IMG/VR virus record: IMGVR_UViG_3300045836_000108
Coordinates: 1-64,000 of that record
Length of the DNA: 64,000 nucleotides
Reading direction: 5' to 3' (one strand)
Source: a virus
Taxonomy: Duplodnaviria; Heunggongvirae; Uroviricota; Caudoviricetes
The notes beneath the pieces are model-generated. The model did not search any database. It was given only the letters and a program-made list of their open reading frames with translations, and was not told the origin of the DNA. The translations under genes and the position numbers were made by a program. Below are positions 1 through 8,919 of the stretch, piece after piece (the first letter of the stretch is position 1; every line of letters begins with the position of its first letter).

Positions 1-44
1 CGTCCGGGCCATCACCCCGGACGCCCACCCCCGAAAGGAACACC

Positions 45-1340
45 TTGAACGACACTACCGCGCAGGAACGCGACCAGGCCGATGAGGCTCTGGAAGCGCT
101 CCGCGCCAAGCTCCGCGCCAAGCCCCGGGACGACGTCCGGCCCGAACCTGAACCGGCCCCGTCCCTGAAGGACGCCGGAGCGCTGCTCAAAGATCTCGGT
201 GGCATCATCGCCAACCTGGCCGAACAAAGCGCCGACAAGGCCGAAGACTTCCTGAACTCCGCCATGGAAGCCATCAACGACGCCAGAAACCAGGGCTCCT
301 TGGAGCCGCTGCGGAACCTTCTGAAGGGCCAGCCGGAACAGGAACAGGCGCACAGCGAGAAGCGGGACGAAGTCCTGGCCTACATCGACGAGCACAGCGA
401 CCAGATCGACGCAGAGGCGGAACGGGGAGACTTCGACACCCTCCTGGAGGGATCCAGCCTCGGCTCCGACCAGGCGCAGGCCATCCGGGAACGGACGCCG
501 CAGGAAGCGGGCGACAAGTTCCTGGCAAACGCCAAGGTCACCGGCTACGAGATCGCGTTCGACAGCGATGAGGCGCGCAAGAAGTTCTTCGCCGCCTTGG
601 ACGCCGGAGAACTTGACCACCTCGACGCCAAGGTCGTGGACGACTTCCTCGACAAGGCCGAACACGTTACCCAGGAAGACATGGACCGCGCCGACGCCGC
701 CTACAGCGCCCTGGACGACGACATCGAGGACGACTACGAACCCAACGAGCGCGTCCGGCAGGCCGTGCGTCGGCTGAAGGAGATCGGCGTGGACGTCCCG
801 GAGGACCGGCCGTACACCTGCGAACCCAACCGGGAGGCTCACGCCGCAGCTTGGGCCAAGATCAACGCCGACGCGGCAGCCGAGGAACAGGTCAGGGACC
901 GGCTGCGGACAAGCTACGAAAGGCGCTTCGGCGGCGACGAGAACCTGGCCGCACAGATCCGCGAAGGCGTCACCGAAGCCGAATCCGGCGTCACCAAGGA
1001 CCTCGGGTCCTTCACGCAGTTCTTGGACGACGACAACCTGGAGACGTGGGACCGTCAGCCGGTACCGATCCCGGAACCGGGACCGCATCAGGTCGCTGTC
1101 GGACCGGCCGGACCCCCGGAAGAGTGGGAAGACACCTACCTCAACCGGTACTGGCTGGTCTGGTCCAACAAGCACAACCTGTGGTGGATGCAGAACGGCA
1201 ACGGCTACACGGAGCACGTGGACAGCGCCGGACGCTTCACCTACGACCAGGCCGTGAATATCGTCAACAAGTCGTCCAACGGCTGGACCGCCAACAACAC
1301 CGGCGTGCCGCACACGACGATGCTGCCCGACCCGTTCTAA
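45..1340 (+). CDS. Highly acidic (Asp/Glu-rich) hypothetical protein, first gene of the rightward early operon
   Basis: TTG start with AAAGGAA RBS; 431 aa; long D/E-rich N-terminal two-thirds, Trp/Asn-rich C-terminus; high GC3. Confidence 0.6.
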   Translation: MNDTTAQERDQADEALEALRAKLRAKPRDDVRPEPEPAPSLKDAGALLKDLGGIIANLAEQSADKAEDFLNSAMEAINDARNQGSLEPLRNLLKGQPEQEQAHSEKRDEVLAYIDEHSDQIDAEAERGDFDTLLEGSSLGSDQAQAIRERTPQEAGDKFLANAKVTGYEIAFDSDEARKKFFAALDAGELDHLDAKVVDDFLDKAEHVTQEDMDRADAAYSALDDDIEDDYEPNERVRQAVRRLKEIGVDVPEDRPYTCEPNREAHAAAWAKINADAAAEEQVRDRLRTSYERRFGGDENLAAQIREGVTEAESGVTKDLGSFTQFLDDDNLETWDRQPVPIPEPGPHQVAVGPAGPPEEWEDTYLNRYWLVWSNKHNLWWMQNGNGYTEHVDSAGRFTYDQAVNIVNKSSNGWTANNTGVPHTTMLPDPF

Positions 1341-1374
1341 AATCGCCATGTCGCGTCGGTCTGGAGGGGAAGCT

Positions 1375-1518
1375 GTGAACCTGTATCAGGTGCTCATATG
1401 GAGCATCGCCAAGCAGCAGTGGAGGCCGGTACTGACGACAGGCGACAAGGAACGCGCCCGCGAGACCTACAGCCGTTACGTCAACAACGGGCTGTCGCCG
1501 CGCCTCATCCGCCTCTAA
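1375..1518 (+). CDS. Small hypothetical protein (47 aa)
   Basis: GTG start 5 nt after GGAGGGG RBS; very high third-position GC; too short for the ORF track. Confidence 0.4.
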   Translation: MNLYQVLIWSIAKQQWRPVLTTGDKERARETYSRYVNNGLSPRLIRL

Positions 1519-1619
1519 CTACACCCCTGGCCCTCCGGGGCCGTCTCCGTTGCTCCTACACCCCGTAGCGGGCACGCCTACCTAAGGCGTGCCCGTTCCC
1601 GTTTTGAAAGGATCCTGGT

Positions 1620-1808
1620 TTGAACTTCGCCAGGCGGCTGCTCACCGCCTTGTTTGTCCTGCTTGCCCTGTTCTTCTCTGTCCTAGCGTTCGGTTTGGCA
1701 GCCGACGGCCGCACCGCCGTCGGGCTGGCATGCGCCGCTGTTTCACTGCTCGAAACTGCCACGGCCTCACTGATCTGGATTGCTGCGCCTGTCGCTCCCC
1801 GCTGGTAA
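1620..1808 (+). CDS. Small hydrophobic membrane protein (62 aa)
   Basis: TTG start after AAAGGA; two predicted TM helices (LLTALFVLLALFFSVLAFGL, LIWIAAPVAP). Confidence 0.4.
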   Translation: MNFARRLLTALFVLLALFFSVLAFGLAADGRTAVGLACAAVSLLETATASLIWIAAPVAPRW

Positions 1809-1856
1809 GGTAAGCGGTAACGAACAGCAGCTCCCAGCTTCAGAGGAGACCCCCAA

Positions 1857-2912
1857 TTGAATGAGATGGTCCAGCAGCGCCCTGCCCCGCCAGCGGTCCC
1901 GGGAAGCTTCAACAACCCGGTCCCCAACACCCTGGCGGAACTCGCCAAAGTACCCATCGGCGAACCCCTGAAGACGCTGGAAGAGGTTGTACTCTTCGGA
2001 CGGGCCCTCGCATTTGCGGGTCTCCTGCCTGACTCCCTCATGGACAAGCGCACCGGCACCGTCAAGGTCGCCGACGTTGTCCTACTGCTCTGCATGGGGG
2101 CAGAGCTTGAACTGTCCCCCATGCAGGCCATCAGCGGCATCTACGTCGTGAAGGGCCGCCCCATGCTGTCGGCTCAGCTGTGGGGCACCCGCGTCCGCAA
2201 ATTCGGCCACAAGCTGGAGATCCGGCAGACCAAAAACAAGCACGGACGGCCGGAGTCCGCGATCTGCACCATCACCCGTGGCGATGACGGCACCGTCCAC
2301 GAGGAAGAGTTCACGATCTACGACGCACTCAACGCCGGACTGATCCAGCGGCTCGGCGACGAAGGCCAGGTTATCGCACGCGGGTACGACGGCAAGAACC
2401 CCACCCCGTGGGAGCAGTACACCAAAACCATGCTCCGCAACCGGGCCATCTCCCACTGCTCCCGGTTCGCCTGCCCGGAAGTCATCTACGGCACCATGGG
2501 CATCCAAGGCGAAGAGTACGACGAGCTGGCCGACGAGGAAGGGTTCGGACAGGACCGTTTCGTGGCCGGGAAGTCTATCGAGGGCACCCCGCAGCAGAAG
2601 GAAGACATGGCCGCCGAGCTGACTGCTTTGGCGGAACGCATGGCCGGGCAGGGCGGACCCAAGTCCATCGCAGAGGTTATGGAGCCTCTGCGCGGCGATG
2701 ACGCCGACGAGGCCAAAGCCTTCCTGGAGAAGCTGAACCGGGGCGCCACCGAGCAGCGGAACGGCGTGGACACCGTCGTGGAGCCGGGGCAGGCTGTCCG
2801 CGACCACACCAACACCCGCCTGTGCGACGTCTGCGGTTTCCGTTTCTTCCCCAACGAACACACCAACGACGACCACGAGCCGGTGTGGGTGACAGAGCCG
2901 GAGGACGCGTAA
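1857..2912 (+). CDS. recT: RecT-family single-strand annealing protein
   Basis: 351 aa; RecT-like core (ELSPMQAISGIYVVKGRPMLSAQLWGTRV); acidic C-terminal tail; sits next to an exonuclease partner. Confidence 0.65.
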   Translation: MNEMVQQRPAPPAVPGSFNNPVPNTLAELAKVPIGEPLKTLEEVVLFGRALAFAGLLPDSLMDKRTGTVKVADVVLLLCMGAELELSPMQAISGIYVVKGRPMLSAQLWGTRVRKFGHKLEIRQTKNKHGRPESAICTITRGDDGTVHEEEFTIYDALNAGLIQRLGDEGQVIARGYDGKNPTPWEQYTKTMLRNRAISHCSRFACPEVIYGTMGIQGEEYDELADEEGFGQDRFVAGKSIEGTPQQKEDMAAELTALAERMAGQGGPKSIAEVMEPLRGDDADEAKAFLEKLNRGATEQRNGVDTVVEPGQAVRDHTNTRLCDVCGFRFFPNEHTNDDHEPVWVTEPEDA

Positions 2913-3272
2913 GTGTTCCCCGCGCACTACGCGGTGCCTGACGGTCTGGACATCCGGCTGATAGGCACCGCGCGATGGAGGGCGTCCACAAAGTCCGGGG
3001 AGAACGTCCTGTCGTTGTGGCAGGGCCAAGACGGCACCGCCTACTACTGCATTGAGATCTGGCACCCCTCCTCCCCCAAGTTTTGGGAGACCACCTCAAT
3101 GTCGGACCTGATCGAGGTCACGTTCAGCCAGTTCCTTGACCTGACCGACACGATCTCGAAGGCCGCACCGTGGGAGCTGCCCGGCTTGTCGTACAGGTTC
3201 GCTGAGTTGGCGTACCTGTGGGGTTACGCCGAAGGCCGCATCAACTACGCCAGCTGGGAGGTGGAGCAGTGA
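2913..3272 (+). CDS. Hypothetical protein
   Basis: GTG start immediately after the recT stop; 119 aa; coupled operon context. Confidence 0.5.
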   Translation: MFPAHYAVPDGLDIRLIGTARWRASTKSGENVLSLWQGQDGTAYYCIEIWHPSSPKFWETTSMSDLIEVTFSQFLDLTDTISKAAPWELPGLSYRFAELAYLWGYAEGRINYASWEVEQ

Positions 3273-3430
3273 CCGACTGGACAGAGTTCAAGATCGGCGG
3301 TTGCCCGCCTGAGTTCCTGTGCGTACTCCATGAAAAGTGCGGCTGGTCCTGGGACACCTGGGACTGGGTCACGCTGACGCAGATTGTGGAGATCGTCAAC
3401 GCGCACGAGTGCGAGGAGGAGAAGAAATGA
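3269..3430 (+). CDS. Small Cys-containing hypothetical protein (53 aa)
   Basis: GTGA start-stop overlap with upstream gene; GGGAGGTGG RBS; Cys motifs GGCPPEFLC, EKCGW, HECEEE. Confidence 0.45.
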   Translation: MTDWTEFKIGGCPPEFLCVLHEKCGWSWDTWDWVTLTQIVEIVNAHECEEEKK

Positions 3431-4326
3431 CCTCCACGTCGGCGTTGATGCTGCTTCACAACCAGATCCACGTCCGGTCTCAGCAGCGTGAACTGGGCTG
3501 GTCCGACATCGGCGGATGCCGCCGCAGGGCCCGCTACGTCCTGGACGGTTACGAGCCGGTGAACCAGGTTTCGTCGGTGGTGGCGATGATCGGCACCGCC
3601 GTCCACAAGCAGATCCAGGCTGTCCTGGAGGCGTTGGGCCTGCCCGCCGAGTGGGAAGTCGAGTACGCAGGCATCAAAGGGCATTTTGACAGGTACGAGG
3701 AGGAGTTCCACCGACTGGTGGACACCAAGACCATCAGCTCGCGTTACCTGGAATCGCTCAAGTTACACGGTCCTCCGACGGCCAATCGTTGGCAGGTGTC
3801 CGGCTACGCAGCCGGGATGATCATCAACGGCTACAAGGTGAAGACCTGCCGCCTGGACTACCTCACCCGCGACACCGGGGAGGAGTGGCAGTACGAATGG
3901 TACTTCGACCCCCAGGACGTCAAAGACGCCTTGGAATGGCTGAAAGACGTCAAAGACGTCCCGTTTGACCTGGTGCCGCGCGACTACGAACCCGACTCCG
4001 CCTGGTGTCAGGGCTGCCCGTTTGGAGGCCGTGACGGCGGCATCTGCTGGCAGGGCGGCGTGCCGGACCGGGACCCGCGCTCAGTGATGCTGGCGGAGGG
4101 CGTGAAGGCTGCGGAAGCAGCGCAAGAGCTGTTCCTGCTGCGGAAGCAAATCAAGGACATGGACGCCAGAGCCAAGGAGTTGAAGGGGATTCTGGACGGG
4201 CTGCGGCCGGATGACCCGGGTGTGATCGTGAAGGCTGGCGACATGTTCTTGTCTTGGTCTCCGACGGGCCGGGGGGATTCCTATCAGCTCCGGTTCACGT
4301 CGCCTCCGCAGCCGAAGGTCGTTTAG
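3427..4326 (+). CDS. PD-(D/E)XK nuclease, Cas4/RecB-like exonuclease with Cys cluster (likely RecT partner)
   Basis: ATGA overlap start; N-terminal Cys (GGCRRRARY) plus C-terminal C-x2-C-x5..C cluster (CQGCPFGGRDGGIC), typical of Cas4-like Fe-S nucleases; adjacent to recT. Confidence 0.6.
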   Translation: MTSTSALMLLHNQIHVRSQQRELGWSDIGGCRRRARYVLDGYEPVNQVSSVVAMIGTAVHKQIQAVLEALGLPAEWEVEYAGIKGHFDRYEEEFHRLVDTKTISSRYLESLKLHGPPTANRWQVSGYAAGMIINGYKVKTCRLDYLTRDTGEEWQYEWYFDPQDVKDALEWLKDVKDVPFDLVPRDYEPDSAWCQGCPFGGRDGGICWQGGVPDRDPRSVMLAEGVKAAEAAQELFLLRKQIKDMDARAKELKGILDGLRPDDPGVIVKAGDMFLSWSPTGRGDSYQLRFTSPPQPKVV

Positions 4327-4378
4327 ACGCTCTGCGTAGTAACGCGGTATCGTAAAGCAAGCGATACCGGAGGACAAC

Positions 4379-4603
4379 ATGGGCAACTACAAGGTCAAAG
4401 CCGTGCCCTGGGAACACGGCTTTGACCTCCACATCACTGGACCGGACGACTTCACCGGCTGCACCCAAGCCCTCAGCAACGGCGACATCCTGCCGTTGGC
4501 CAAGGACTACATCAGCCTCAACACCGGTGAAGCCTCCGATGAGATCGGCGTCACCCTCTCCTACAACATGCAGCCGGAAACGGAGACCCCCGTTGCAGAC
4601 TGA
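4379..4603 (+). CDS. Hypothetical protein (74 aa)
   Basis: ATG after CCGGAGGA RBS; very high GC3; preceded by a TATCGT promoter-like element. Confidence 0.6.
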   Translation: MGNYKVKAVPWEHGFDLHITGPDDFTGCTQALSNGDILPLAKDYISLNTGEASDEIGVTLSYNMQPETETPVAD

Positions 4604-4997
4604 CATCATCGACGCCGCGATGGACCTCGCCATCGCCCTCCCCAACGGCTGGCTCCAGGACTCCACCAACTGGGCCACCCGCTACCACGGCAGCATCCGC
4701 ATCGGACTGGCCGGACACATCGCCGCCACCGCCGGATGCGTCCTCCACTGGGACAGCAACACCGCCGACGCCACCGAATGGGTGCGCCGCGACTCCCTGC
4801 CGGAGGAGCACCGCCAGGCCGCCGACAACAGGGCCAAGGAACTCGACTGGCCGGACGACGTCTGTTCCATCTTCTACGCGGCCTGTCTCCTCACCGGCAT
4901 CAACGAGGAAACCGGCCTGAAGCTGTTCTCCAAGGGCGGCAGCATCACCTACACCCTGGGCCTCATCGAGGGCTACAAGATCGGAGCCGAGCTGTGA
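4593..4997 (+). CDS. Hypothetical protein (start uncertain, TTG 4593 or ATG ~4619)
   Basis: Frame open from 4422 but overlaps the previous gene; TTG after GGAAACGGAGA; ends in GTGA overlap with next gene. Confidence 0.45.
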   Translation: MQTDIIDAAMDLAIALPNGWLQDSTNWATRYHGSIRIGLAGHIAATAGCVLHWDSNTADATEWVRRDSLPEEHRQAADNRAKELDWPDDVCSIFYAACLLTGINEETGLKLFSKGGSITYTLGLIEGYKIGAEL

Positions 4998-6127
4998 GCT
5001 CAAAGATCAACAACTACATCAACCACATCGTATTCGTCCTCGACGCCTCCAGCTCCATGAACCACCTGACCGAAAAAGTCATCACGGTCGTGGACAAGCA
5101 GGTCAAGTACTTCGCGCAGAGGTCCAAGGAACTGGACCAGGAAACCCGCATCACCATCTACGTGTTCGCCAACGACGTCCGCTGCCTGGTGTGGGACAAG
5201 GACGTGCTGCGGCTGCCGTCCATCCGCGCTTTCTACCGGCCCAACGGCAGCACCGCCCTCATCGACGGCACCCTGATGGCGCTGAACGACGCAGCGCTCA
5301 TCCCGGAGAAGTACGGCGACCACGCCCACCTGATCTATGTGTTCACCGACGGAGAAGAGAACGCCTCCACCCTCCACGGACGGCACTACCACCACGGCTT
5401 CGGCCCGGCGCCGGAAGTCATCGACCACCTGCGGAAGCGCCTCAACAGCCTGCCCGACAACGTCACCGTCGGCTGCCTGGTTCCCAACCAGCACGGCGTG
5501 TTCGAAGCCAAACGGTTCGGCTTCCCCGCAGGCAACATCTCCGTGTGGGACGCCACCACCGAACGCGGCATGGAGGAGGCAGGCGAGACCATGCGCGCCG
5601 CCACCGACTCCTACATGCAGGCCCGCACCACCGGCGTCCGCTCCACCACCAAGCTGTTCGACATCAGCTCCGCCAAGGTCAACGCCCAAGCGATCCTGGA
5701 CGCCGGTCTGAAGCCGCTGGACGAGGACAAGTACAACCTGGTGCAGATCGGCGTTTGGCCCGGCCAGGTTAAGCCCGACAACTACGACGAGAAGAAGCGC
5801 CGCAAGCCGTGGAAGGCGCACGGCGGACGCATCGACGAATTCGTGCAGAACGTCAACGGCGGCAAGTACTTCGCAGGGCAGGCCTACTACCAGCTGGTAG
5901 AGGGCAAGCGCGAACGCATCCAGGCCAGCAAGAAGATCGCCGTGGTCAACAAGAAGACCGACCGGGTGTACGTTGGCTCCGGCGCCCGGAAGCTGCTGGG
6001 CCTGCCCGACTACATGGAAGCGACTGTCACGCCGACGGCGTCCGACGAGTACCAGGTGTACGTGCAGTCGAAGTCGCCGAACCGTTTGCTGGTCCCCGGC
6101 TGCCGTCTGCTGATCCTCGACAAGTGA
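4994..6127 (+). CDS. von Willebrand factor A (vWA) domain protein
   Basis: GTG start overlapping previous stop; MIDAS-like DASSSMN motif, then TALIDG and VFTDGEEN motifs. Confidence 0.6.
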   Translation: MSSKINNYINHIVFVLDASSSMNHLTEKVITVVDKQVKYFAQRSKELDQETRITIYVFANDVRCLVWDKDVLRLPSIRAFYRPNGSTALIDGTLMALNDAALIPEKYGDHAHLIYVFTDGEENASTLHGRHYHHGFGPAPEVIDHLRKRLNSLPDNVTVGCLVPNQHGVFEAKRFGFPAGNISVWDATTERGMEEAGETMRAATDSYMQARTTGVRSTTKLFDISSAKVNAQAILDAGLKPLDEDKYNLVQIGVWPGQVKPDNYDEKKRRKPWKAHGGRIDEFVQNVNGGKYFAGQAYYQLVEGKRERIQASKKIAVVNKKTDRVYVGSGARKLLGLPDYMEATVTPTASDEYQVYVQSKSPNRLLVPGCRLLILDK

Positions 6128-6309
6128 CCGCCACCAAGGTGTTTGCGTACCGGGTTCGCTGGGACGCCAACACCGGACGCTACATCGCCGCAGTAGAGGG
6201 TACTAAACGGCTCCGCATGTCGGACCCTGACCCGGTAGTTGCCCTCACTAAGCTTGTGGCCCTTATAGGCGAAATCAGGGCTGACATCGAGGAGGAGAAG
6301 CGTGACTGA
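6124..6309 (+). CDS. Small hypothetical protein (61 aa)
   Basis: GTGA overlap start; in-frame tail of ORF 5809..6309. Confidence 0.4.
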   Translation: MTATKVFAYRVRWDANTGRYIAAVEGTKRLRMSDPDPVVALTKLVALIGEIRADIEEEKRD

Positions 6310-6643
6310 CGCCAGCTTCTTGGAAACCTACATCGAACAGGTAGGGGACAGCGTTCGCGAGATCTTCAAGAAGGCTCACGACGCCAACGCGGAGGCGCAG
6401 CAGAAGTCGGAGGCGTACCGGGAACTGGTTTCCCGCACCTCCGCCGCCCTGTACTACATGGACAAGGCGTTGGAGTCGGCGCGTCAGGCCGTCCAGGAGG
6501 AACAGCCGCGCCGCTCCAAGTGCCCGACGCCGTGCGACGACGACTGCGAGGCCGGGTGTCACGAGGTCCACCAGGTCGCCGCCAAACGGACGCACCTGGT
6601 AGCGGACTGCCCGCCCCGCAAGCGTCCCAAGGCCAAGCACTGA
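6302..6643 (+). CDS. Hypothetical protein with C-terminal Cys cluster
   Basis: GTGA overlap start; 113 aa; CPTPCDDDCEAGCHEVH motif. Confidence 0.5.
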   Translation: MTDASFLETYIEQVGDSVREIFKKAHDANAEAQQKSEAYRELVSRTSAALYYMDKALESARQAVQEEQPRRSKCPTPCDDDCEAGCHEVHQVAAKRTHLVADCPPRKRPKAKH

Positions 6644-6825
6644 TGGCCGTCGGCCAGCTCAAGGAAGGCGCTGACCGTGATGCAGCGGTCAGCGCCTTCT
6701 GGGAAGACCTCCACGCCCGTCTCAAAGAACCCATGTTCCGCAAAGCGTTCCTGGCGGCCATGAACCAGATCTTGAAGGAGGGGAACGGGCAGTGGAGCAA
6801 CTCAGAGGAGGGGACCGCGCGGTGA
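6643..6825 (+). CDS. Small hypothetical protein (60 aa)
   Basis: TGATG overlap start; tail of ORF 6520..6825. Confidence 0.4.
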   Translation: MAVGQLKEGADRDAAVSAFWEDLHARLKEPMFRKAFLAAMNQILKEGNGQWSNSEEGTAR

Positions 6826-7304
6826 GCAGGGTTGTAGCACCGTTCGCGCCGGACCAGGTACGTTCCCTCAACGCCTACCAAAGGTCATGGGCTTTTCACC
6901 CGTTTACCTGCGGTTCCTCGGCCCACGTAACACGGCAGCGGAACCTGGTGGCTTTCAAAGAGGGCTGGCATTGCTCCGACGAAGCCTGCAACTACTCGCA
7001 GAACTGGGCTTGGGAGTTCATGGCCAACTGGACGTGGACCAACATGAGCACGAAAGATTGGAGGCCACCTGTGTCTGGTTACAGTCGCATGTCCCGGCAC
7101 GTAGTTGTTGAATCGTGGATCGTGCCGGAAGGCAACCACGCCTCACTGATAGCCGCTCTCCAGGAAGCAAGGCAGGACTACGCCCGCAGCAACGGCGTCA
7201 AACCGGAAGCGATCTCCGATGATTCCCTGACGTTCCGCATCGCCGGTACCGGAGACGCCGTGATCATCTCCTACGAAAGGGACGTCAATGACCCGCCGTT
7301 CTAA
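6822..7304 (+). CDS. Hypothetical protein (160 aa), Trp-rich
   Basis: GTGA overlap start; Cys/His motifs FTCGSSAH, WHCSDEACNY. Confidence 0.5.
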   Translation: MSRVVAPFAPDQVRSLNAYQRSWAFHPFTCGSSAHVTRQRNLVAFKEGWHCSDEACNYSQNWAWEFMANWTWTNMSTKDWRPPVSGYSRMSRHVVVESWIVPEGNHASLIAALQEARQDYARSNGVKPEAISDDSLTFRIAGTGDAVIISYERDVNDPPF

Positions 7305-7611
7305 GGGCGTCTGGCGGCTCCGGAGGGCCCGTACGCAGCCGGAAACACCGGCCCCCACATTTCCCCGCCAGACGCCTCCGCTAGCCGGGGAGAAGCTGCC
7401 TCCGTACAGCGCGGCAACCGGCGTGTGCGCCAAGTGCGGCACCGACGTTCCGTACACCGAGTACCACGACACCCGACGCACCTGCGTCCACCGCAACGGA
7501 CCCGGACCTAGAGTGCGTTGGGGCCAGGAGCGGATGCACCGGACTTGCCGCCGCTGCGGCTTCGAATGGGACGAGGATGTGGCTACACGTGGGAAAGAAA
7601 CAACCGGCTAG
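7288..7611 (+). CDS. Zinc-ribbon-like hypothetical protein
   Basis: 107 aa; two CxxC pairs (CAKCG ... CRRCG). Confidence 0.5.
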   Translation: MTRRSKGVWRLRRARTQPETPAPTFPRQTPPLAGEKLPPYSAATGVCAKCGTDVPYTEYHDTRRTCVHRNGPGPRVRWGQERMHRTCRRCGFEWDEDVATRGKETTG

Positions 7612-7660
7612 TAATGTTCCGCGCGGCGACAAGGAGATAGGTCGCCGCGTTACCTACACG

Positions 7661-7834
7661 ATGGTGAGCCCGCTCCACGAGATCGACAGAGACTGGGCGT
7701 ACCACACCTACACCCCGGCCGAGATCAAGTCCCAGATCAAATTCTGGGACCTTGTCCACAAGGGCCACGAACTAGAAGGCACCGCCCGGATGGTCCGCGT
7801 CACCATCATCTACGAGGAGACTGGCGATGGCTGA
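7661..7834 (+). CDS. Small hypothetical protein (start uncertain)
   Basis: ATG in frame of ORF 7577..7834; AAGGAG 20 nt upstream. Confidence 0.35.
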   Translation: MVSPLHEIDRDWAYHTYTPAEIKSQIKFWDLVHKGHELEGTARMVRVTIIYEETGDG

Positions 7835-8033
7835 GCTGTGGGAGTGGGCGTACGAGGGCATGCAGGACAAGTACGGCGTGGCCGTGGTGAGGATGCCGGA
7901 GGAGACGCAGATAGCCACCTACGTCTACAAGGGGTACCGCGTCCACCTGATACGCCCCGACGGCACGGTGTTGAAGGGACGCGTGTTGGAACACAACAGG
8001 CACTACGCCAGGGTTCAGGTGGACAGGGAATGA
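7827..8033 (+). CDS. Small hypothetical protein (68 aa)
   Basis: ATG after GGAGACTGG; overlaps previous stop. Confidence 0.5.
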   Translation: MAELWEWAYEGMQDKYGVAVVRMPEETQIATYVYKGYRVHLIRPDGTVLKGRVLEHNRHYARVQVDRE

Positions 8034-8218
8034 AGCTTGGCCGTTTGTGGGGTCCGTTCTACCGTCTGACCCGCCCGGGTGGACCGCGCGTCGTGTTCCA
8101 CTGGCACAGGTGGGTTAAGGAGTCCTGGGTGGACGACGGGGGACAGGTCATTGCCAAGGTTCGGCATTGTTACGGCTGCGCGACGACGCGGGACGCCAAG
8201 GAAGGCGACGATGACTGA
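8030..8218 (+). CDS. Small hypothetical protein (62 aa)
   Basis: ATGA overlap start; CYGC motif. Confidence 0.4.
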   Translation: MKLGRLWGPFYRLTRPGGPRVVFHWHRWVKESWVDDGGQVIAKVRHCYGCATTRDAKEGDDD

Positions 8219-8402
8219 GCCGGACTACAAGGACTTCTGGGTCCACGCTAACTCCACCCCGCTCTATGACGTGTCGCAGAGTTGGGTGGAGGTGGTGCAT
8301 ACCCTTTGCGGCGCCACGATTTTCGGGGCCGACGTAGGCGAGGACGACTCTACGTTGGCCGAGTTGTTGTTTATTGTCCAGGCGCATCGCTGTTCCGAGT
8401 AA
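8211..8402 (+). CDS. Small hypothetical protein (63 aa)
   Basis: ATG overlapping upstream stop. Confidence 0.4.
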   Translation: MTEPDYKDFWVHANSTPLYDVSQSWVEVVHTLCGATIFGADVGEDDSTLAELLFIVQAHRCSE

Positions 8403-8466
8403 GGCGTCTTAGCCGCCCCTCTTTCGTAGTATCGTAAGGGAAACCGATACCACCAAGGGGGGGAAC

Positions 8467-8919
8467 ATGGAACAGCGCGGGCTGCCCGGAATCGACAAAT
8501 GGGAACTTCAGGTAGCCAACGCTCTAGCCACCGGCAAAGAAACGGAAGACGTCGCCGCCGCGTTGTTCATTGAGCCCCGCACCGTCAGGGCCCGCATGCG
8601 CCGCATCCAGACCAAAACCGGCGGACGGAACTCCGCGCATTCCCTGCATATCCTCATCAGCAACGGCCTCGTACACGTTGAGGACACACGGGAAAGCGTC
8701 AAGCTGGACTACGGACTGCTCACCATCCTCAGGGACATCTCCGACGGCCTCGAAAACCGGCACATCGCCGAAAAGCAGGACCTGACCCTGGACCAGGTGA
8801 AGTGGTACGTCAGGAAAATCTACATGGCGTTGCAGGCGCGTAACCGCGTCAACGCCATATACAGAGGTCACCAGACCGGGAACCTCACACCCAACAACCG
8901 GAGGAAAACAGATGGATAG
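8467..8919 (+). CDS. Tandem LuxR/GerE-type helix-turn-helix transcriptional regulator
   Basis: Two LuxR-C-like HTH units (ELQVANALATGKETEDVAAALFIEPRTVRARMRRI and LTILRDISDGLENRHIAEKQDLTLDQVKWYVRKI); G-rich RBS; preceded by a TATCGT promoter-like element. Confidence 0.6.
   Translation: MEQRGLPGIDKWELQVANALATGKETEDVAAALFIEPRTVRARMRRIQTKTGGRNSAHSLHILISNGLVHVEDTRESVKLDYGLLTILRDISDGLENRHIAEKQDLTLDQVKWYVRKIYMALQARNRVNAIYRGHQTGNLTPNNRRKTDG

Noticed and set aside
12-1349. 445-aa minus-strand ORF antisense to the acidic early gene
   Set aside because: Typical high-GC antisense artefact. No RBS, Arg/Gly/Val-rich low-complexity translation, and the plus-strand gene has a coherent start and operon context.
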